A stretch of DNA of 28,348 bases from assembly GCA_039809675.1 (NCBI GenBank), contig JBDHVO010000001.1:1-28348 (forward strand), written 5' to 3'. The number at the start of each line of letters is the position of its first letter. Position 1 is the first letter of the stretch. This document shows positions 24,252-28,348 of this stretch, one piece after another. This stretch comes from Proteocatella sp. Its GTDB lineage: Bacteria; Bacillota; Clostridia; Peptostreptococcales; Filifactoraceae. The notes beneath the pieces were generated by a model. That model was not told where the DNA came from. It did not search any database and saw nothing but the letters and a program-made list of their open reading frames with translations. A program made the position numbers and the translations under genes.

Positions 24252-25574
24252 CTAGTCCTGGTCAACAGTTTTTGAAACCTTTAGGGTTCTGTAAAGCGGA
24301 TGGCCTATGGTTCTCATAACATGGTCAGTCTGGTGCATAACCTTTAGTCCCATTTTTGGAGCTGAGCCCATTACAGTATTTGAACAATCTGAACAGTTAC
24401 CTATAACTATATATTCGCACTTGTCCTTTTTAAACTGTAAGCTGTTTTGTACCTGGCCAGGACACTCTCCCGGGCGCTCGCACTTAAGCGGTCCGCCTGG
24501 CTTTGCAGCCACAGCCTGCTTACATTTTGCAACAGAAACAACCTTTGAATTCATCTTTGCTGCAATATCACGCATACGGTTTTCGTCACCGCCGCACGCA
24601 CATATAAGGATTCCCATAGGGGCTCCGTGCAGGTCAGGGAATTCCATTGTAGCAATGATTCCACCTGTTGTTTTTGTAATAGGAGCTTCAAGAGTAGTAG
24701 GCTTGCCTGTGAAAGGTCCTCCCATAATAAGCTCTCCGATTGGCCTGTCAATTAGTCCACCAGAAGCTTCAATAAGGTCTGCTACGCTTGTTCCTATTGG
24801 CACGTCCTTAAAGATTTTGCCTTTTTGAGCATCCTCAACCATTCCAACAACCGTAAGATCCTTGCTGATGCATGGTCTTCTTTCGTCGATTGCCTCAGTT
24901 ATTCTGATAAGAGTCTCTGTATTAAGGACAACTGCGTTGGCAGCAGATGGCAGCTCAGCAACTCCAAGCTCTATTCCGCCAAGGCACTCCCTTACAACTG
25001 CTCTTTCCTCACCCATTGGGTAGATATCAGGCATAAGTCTGATTGACATAGCAGGCTCGGCTTTGATAGCTTCTTTTAGGATTTTTACAGCATTTTCATT
25101 TTTCTTTTTGATGGCAAATATAGCCTTGGCAGCTCCTGTAATATCCATAGCGTATTTAACGCCCTTGATAAGCTTGGCAGTTTGAGTCTCTGTCTGCATA
25201 ATATTATGCTTTAGGCCAGGCTCGCACTCTGCGTCATTAATAAGCACATAACCGCCTTCGATTTTTGTAGAAAGCTTAATAGCGGTAGGGAATCCTGCTC
25301 CTCCCATACCAACAAGTCCTGCTGCCTTTATCATCTCCAGAGGAGTGTCCTCCTTCAGAGGAATAAAAGCATCCTTTTGCTCTTCATCAGGCTTTATAAT
25401 TATACGGTCATCTTTTACTTCAGTAACAAGGCCGTAAACACTTGAATAAATATTGGCACCAAGTCCAGCAGGCTCAGCAACCAAGGTTCCTTTTTCTACC
25501 CTTGCACCAGCCTCAACAACAGGCTTGCATGGTGCACCCACGTGCTGGCTAAGCAGCAACTGAATATCTCTCAT
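24252..25574 (-). CDS. prdC: Proline reductase-associated electron transfer protein (RnfC-like)
   Basis: QHVGAPCKPVV, AGLVGMGGAGFPT, INDAECEP, YPMGEE, GGPFTG, C-terminal CACGG, CERPGECPG and GNCSDC; RBS GAGGAG. Confidence 0.9.
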   Translation of the reverse strand: MRDIQLLLSQHVGAPCKPVVEAGARVEKGTLVAEPAGLGANIYSSVYGLVTEVKDDRIIIKPDEEQKDAFIPLKEDTPLEMIKAAGLVGMGGAGFPTAIKLSTKIEGGYVLINDAECEPGLKHNIMQTETQTAKLIKGVKYAMDITGAAKAIFAIKKKNENAVKILKEAIKAEPAMSIRLMPDIYPMGEERAVVRECLGGIELGVAELPSAANAVVLNTETLIRITEAIDERRPCISKDLTVVGMVEDAQKGKIFKDVPIGTSVADLIEASGGLIDRPIGELIMGGPFTGKPTTLEAPITKTTGGIIATMEFPDLHGAPMGILICACGGDENRMRDIAAKMNSKVVSVAKCKQAVAAKPGGPLKCERPGECPGQVQNSLQFKKDKCEYIVIGNCSDCSNTVMGSAPKMGLKVMHQTDHVMRTIGHPLYRTLKVSKTVDQD

Positions 25575-25650
25575 AAATACTCCTCTTTAATATATAGATT
25601 TAGAAAACATTATCAGAAAACATTATTTAAAAGAGTAAGATTCTCCATAT

Positions 25651-25679
25651 ATTATAGACTATATTAAGGGTTTTTGCCA
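25651..25679 (-). promoter_or_regulatory. Putative prdC promoter (good -10, weak -35)
   Basis: Minus strand TGGCAA, 17 nt, TATAAT. Confidence 0.5.
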
Positions 25680-25876
25680 TAGCTTTTTAAGGAAAGTCCG
25701 GACAAAATCTGCTTATTTTGGTCTTAACTTCAAAAAATATATAAAATTTTAGATTGGTATATAAAATTTTTGGTATTTGCGAACTATACGCCTGGGTATC
25801 TGGGTATATAATTCGAAATAAAACGAACTAAATATAAAATTACTCTTCTAAAATACAAGCTTTTCTTATAAATACC

Positions 25877-25905
25877 TTTACAGGTTGCCTTAGAGTAGCT
25901 ATAAT
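25877..25905 (+). promoter_or_regulatory. sigmaA promoter of the BMP ABC operon
   Basis: TTTACA, 17 nt, TATAAT. Confidence 0.7.
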
Positions 25906-25953
25906 CTAATTGAAAGCAATCGTAACTATAAAGGATCTTGAAGGGAGTATGGA

Positions 25954-27063
25954 ATGAAAAAGGTATTAGCAATTTTAATGTCACTTGTTATCGGTATAAG
26001 TGCTACGGGCTGCGGCGCTTCAAAAACAGGAGGATCAGACGCAGGCTCAGGAGATGCAGAGCCGGTAAAGGTAGGATTTATTTATATAGGTCATATAAAC
26101 GACGGAGGCTTTACCCAGGCCCACGACAGAGGCCGTCTTGAGCTTGAGGAAGCTATGGGGGACAAGGTAAAGACCTATTATCAGGAGGTAGTGCCTGAAA
26201 ATATTCAGGATGTAAAAAACACTGCCAAGGTAATGATTGATCAGGGGGCTACCATAATATTTGCCAACAGCTTTGGCTACATGGATGGAATGGAAGAGCT
26301 TTCAAAAGAATACCCTGATGTAAAATTCCTTCACTTCTCTGGCTACAAGGCCAATGATACAAACTTTGACAACTATTTTGGAGCCATGGAGGAAGCAAGA
26401 TACTTGTCAGGTATTGTAGCAGGTATGAAAACAAAAACAAACAAAATAGGCTTTGTAGGGGCTTTCCCTCTGCCAGAGCTCTTTATAGCAATCAACGCCT
26501 TTACCCTGGGTGTCCAGTCAGTAAACCCTGATGCTACTGTACAAGTAATTTGGACAAACTCATGGTATGACCCTGCCAAGGAAAAAGAAGCAGCAGTAGC
26601 CCTTCTTGACACAGGAGCAGACGTAATTGCCCAGCACTGTGATACAACAGGTCCTCAGGTAGCAGCTGAGGAAAGAGGAGCCTATGCAATTGGCTATAAC
26701 GCAGATAGCTTTGATGCAGCTCCAAAGGCCTTTATGACAGCCCCTACCTGGAACCATGGCGCTTACTATATCAAAACCGTTCAAGCTATTGTAGATGGAA
26801 CATGGAAGCCTGAAAGCTACTACGGAACAATGCAAGATGGCTATATCGGCCTTCTGCCTTTGACCGAAAATGCACCTGAGGGAGCAGAGGCAAAGGTTGA
26901 AGAAGTAAAGGCGCAGATAATTTCTGGTGACTTTAATGTGTTTACAGGCCCAATTAAAAATCAGGCAGGTCAAGTCGTAATTGCCGATGGAGAAAAACCA
27001 GACAGGGCAAAAATCTGGTCTATGGACTACCTTGTTGAGGGAGTAATAGGAACAACAAAATAA
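25954..27063 (+). CDS. BMP-family ABC substrate-binding lipoprotein (nucleoside/purine type)
   Basis: Lipobox SATGC; DGGFTQAHDRGR, NSFGYMD, INAFTLG, SWYDPAKE, GADVIAQHCD. Confidence 0.9.
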   Translation: MKKVLAILMSLVIGISATGCGASKTGGSDAGSGDAEPVKVGFIYIGHINDGGFTQAHDRGRLELEEAMGDKVKTYYQEVVPENIQDVKNTAKVMIDQGATIIFANSFGYMDGMEELSKEYPDVKFLHFSGYKANDTNFDNYFGAMEEARYLSGIVAGMKTKTNKIGFVGAFPLPELFIAINAFTLGVQSVNPDATVQVIWTNSWYDPAKEKEAAVALLDTGADVIAQHCDTTGPQVAAEERGAYAIGYNADSFDAAPKAFMTAPTWNHGAYYIKTVQAIVDGTWKPESYYGTMQDGYIGLLPLTENAPEGAEAKVEEVKAQIISGDFNVFTGPIKNQAGQVVIADGEKPDRAKIWSMDYLVEGVIGTTK

Positions 27064-27074
27064 GCGGAGGATTT

Positions 27075-28348
27075 ATGCAAGGCAAAAAAGCTATAGAAAT
27101 GATTGATATTTCCAAAAGCTTTGGAAGCATAAAGGCGAACGGAAACGTAAACTTAACTATAAATGAAGGCGAAATCCATGCCCTTTTAGGCGATAACGGA
27201 GCTGGAAAAAGCACACTAATGAACATGCTGTCAGGAATATACTCTCCTGACAGCGGTTCTATTTTTGTTTATGGACAAGAACAAAGGTTTACATCGCCAA
27301 GCGAGCCAATAGAACTGGGAATAGGCATGATTCACCAGCATTTTAAGCTGGTTGATGTCCTGACTGCCATGGATAATATTATCCTGGGCCAAAAAGGAAA
27401 GGCCCTTATAAGGAATAAGGCGCTTACAAAAGAAATAAGGGCAATTTCGGACAAATACAGGCTTGATATAGACCCGGGCAAAAAGGTCTACAATATGTCG
27501 GTAGGAGAGAAGCAGACCCTTGAAATAATAAAGGTGCTTTACCGGGGGGCAAAAATCCTTATAATGGATGAACCCACCGCCGTTTTGACTCCTCAGGAAA
27601 TAAAAAGGCTCTTTAATATAATGAGAAATATGAAGGCCCAAGGCAATTCAATAATAATCATAACCCACAAAATGAACGAGGTTATGGAAATTAGCGACAA
27701 GGTTACAGTTCTAAGAAAAGGCAAAAGTATTGCAACCCTTAATACAAAGGAAACCACCTCCAGGGAGCTTGTAGAGATGATGGTAGGCAAATCCTTGGAG
27801 CTTAAAATAAAAAGACCAAAGGTTCAAAGGTCCGAAAAGCCTGTACTGGAGCTTGATGAGGTAACAGTGCTTGACCAGGACAAGAGGGCAGCCCTCAAGG
27901 ATGTCAACCTCAATGTATACGGGGGAGAAATTATTGGGGTAGCGGGTCTTGCAGGCTCAGGCCAAAAAGAGCTTTGTGAAACAATAGCAGGCCTTATGAA
28001 GACAAACTCCGGAAGAATCTACCTCCAGGGAGAAAATATAATAGATAAAACTCCAAGGGAAATTATAAACATGGGGGTCCGTATGGGCTTTATACCTGAG
28101 GACAGGCTAGGCATGGGGCTTGTAGGCTCCATGGACATAGTAGATAATATAATGCTCAAGGACTACAAAAAACAACCGGGCATCTTTATAAACAAAAAAG
28201 CAATGAGATCAAAGGCTGAAGAAATAGTTGAAAGGCTGGAGATTGTAACGCCGGGCTTAGACGAGCCTGTAAGAAAAATGTCCGGGGGAAATATTCAAAA
28301 GGTCCTCCTGGGCAGGGAGATGGATTCAGAGCCAAAGCTCCTTATAAC
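27075..28348 (+). CDS. Two-domain (CUT2/NupA-like) ABC ATPase, runs off the window end
   Basis: Read manually; absent from the ORF track because there is no stop. MQGKKAIEM...GDNGAGKST, GMIHQHF, IMDEPTAVL, ITHKM, IPEDR, MSGGNIQKV; RBS GGAGG. Confidence 0.92.
   Translation, partial: MQGKKAIEMIDISKSFGSIKANGNVNLTINEGEIHALLGDNGAGKSTLMNMLSGIYSPDSGSIFVYGQEQRFTSPSEPIELGIGMIHQHFKLVDVLTAMDNIILGQKGKALIRNKALTKEIRAISDKYRLDIDPGKKVYNMSVGEKQTLEIIKVLYRGAKILIMDEPTAVLTPQEIKRLFNIMRNMKAQGNSIIIITHKMNEVMEISDKVTVLRKGKSIATLNTKETTSRELVEMMVGKSLELKIKRPKVQRSEKPVLELDEVTVLDQDKRAALKDVNLNVYGGEIIGVAGLAGSGQKELCETIAGLMKTNSGRIYLQGENIIDKTPREIINMGVRMGFIPEDRLGMGLVGSMDIVDNIMLKDYKKQPGIFINKKAMRSKAEEIVERLEIVTPGLDEPVRKMSGGNIQKVLLGREMDSEPKLLI

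Noticed and set aside
25738-25770. TATATAAAATTTT direct repeat (20-bp period) in the prdC/BMP divergent region
   Set aside because: Very AT-rich and low-complexity; no independent support.
25906-25953. Purine riboswitch before the BMP transporter
   Set aside because: The leader is only about 40 nt and lacks the aptamer consensus.

Overview
AT-rich Firmicute (Clostridia-like; inferred from the prd cluster, T-box and sigmaA promoters) chromosomal window with no mobile-element genes. In order: 3' part of an Orn/Lys/Arg decarboxylase; an NhaC-family transporter with a structured leader; ogt (O6-alkylguanine methyltransferase) whose catalytic PCHRV cysteine is an in-frame UGA followed by a SECIS-like hairpin (candidate selenoprotein); an Rrf2 regulator; a doubly deleted Cache-HAMP-GGDEF pseudogene; a pstSCAB-phoU-phoPR operon with a coupled DUF3841-like gene; a secreted phosphodiester-glycosidase-family protein; a Stickland D-proline reductase cluster (prdR, prdA, small ORF, selenoprotein prdB, prdD, prdE, prdF, TauE/SafE permease); T-box-controlled proS; a nested inverted/tandem repeat element; prdC on the opposite strand; and the start of a BMP-type nucleoside ABC transporter. 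Top signals: (1) probable Sec-containing suicide DNA-repair methyltransferase; (2) a PrdR lacking the sigma54-contacting GAFTGA loop, paired with a sigmaA promoter and repeated TGNY-N8-GACA palindromes at prdR/prdA, suggesting sigma54-independent control of proline reductase. All calls are by-eye motif recognition; no database searches were run.
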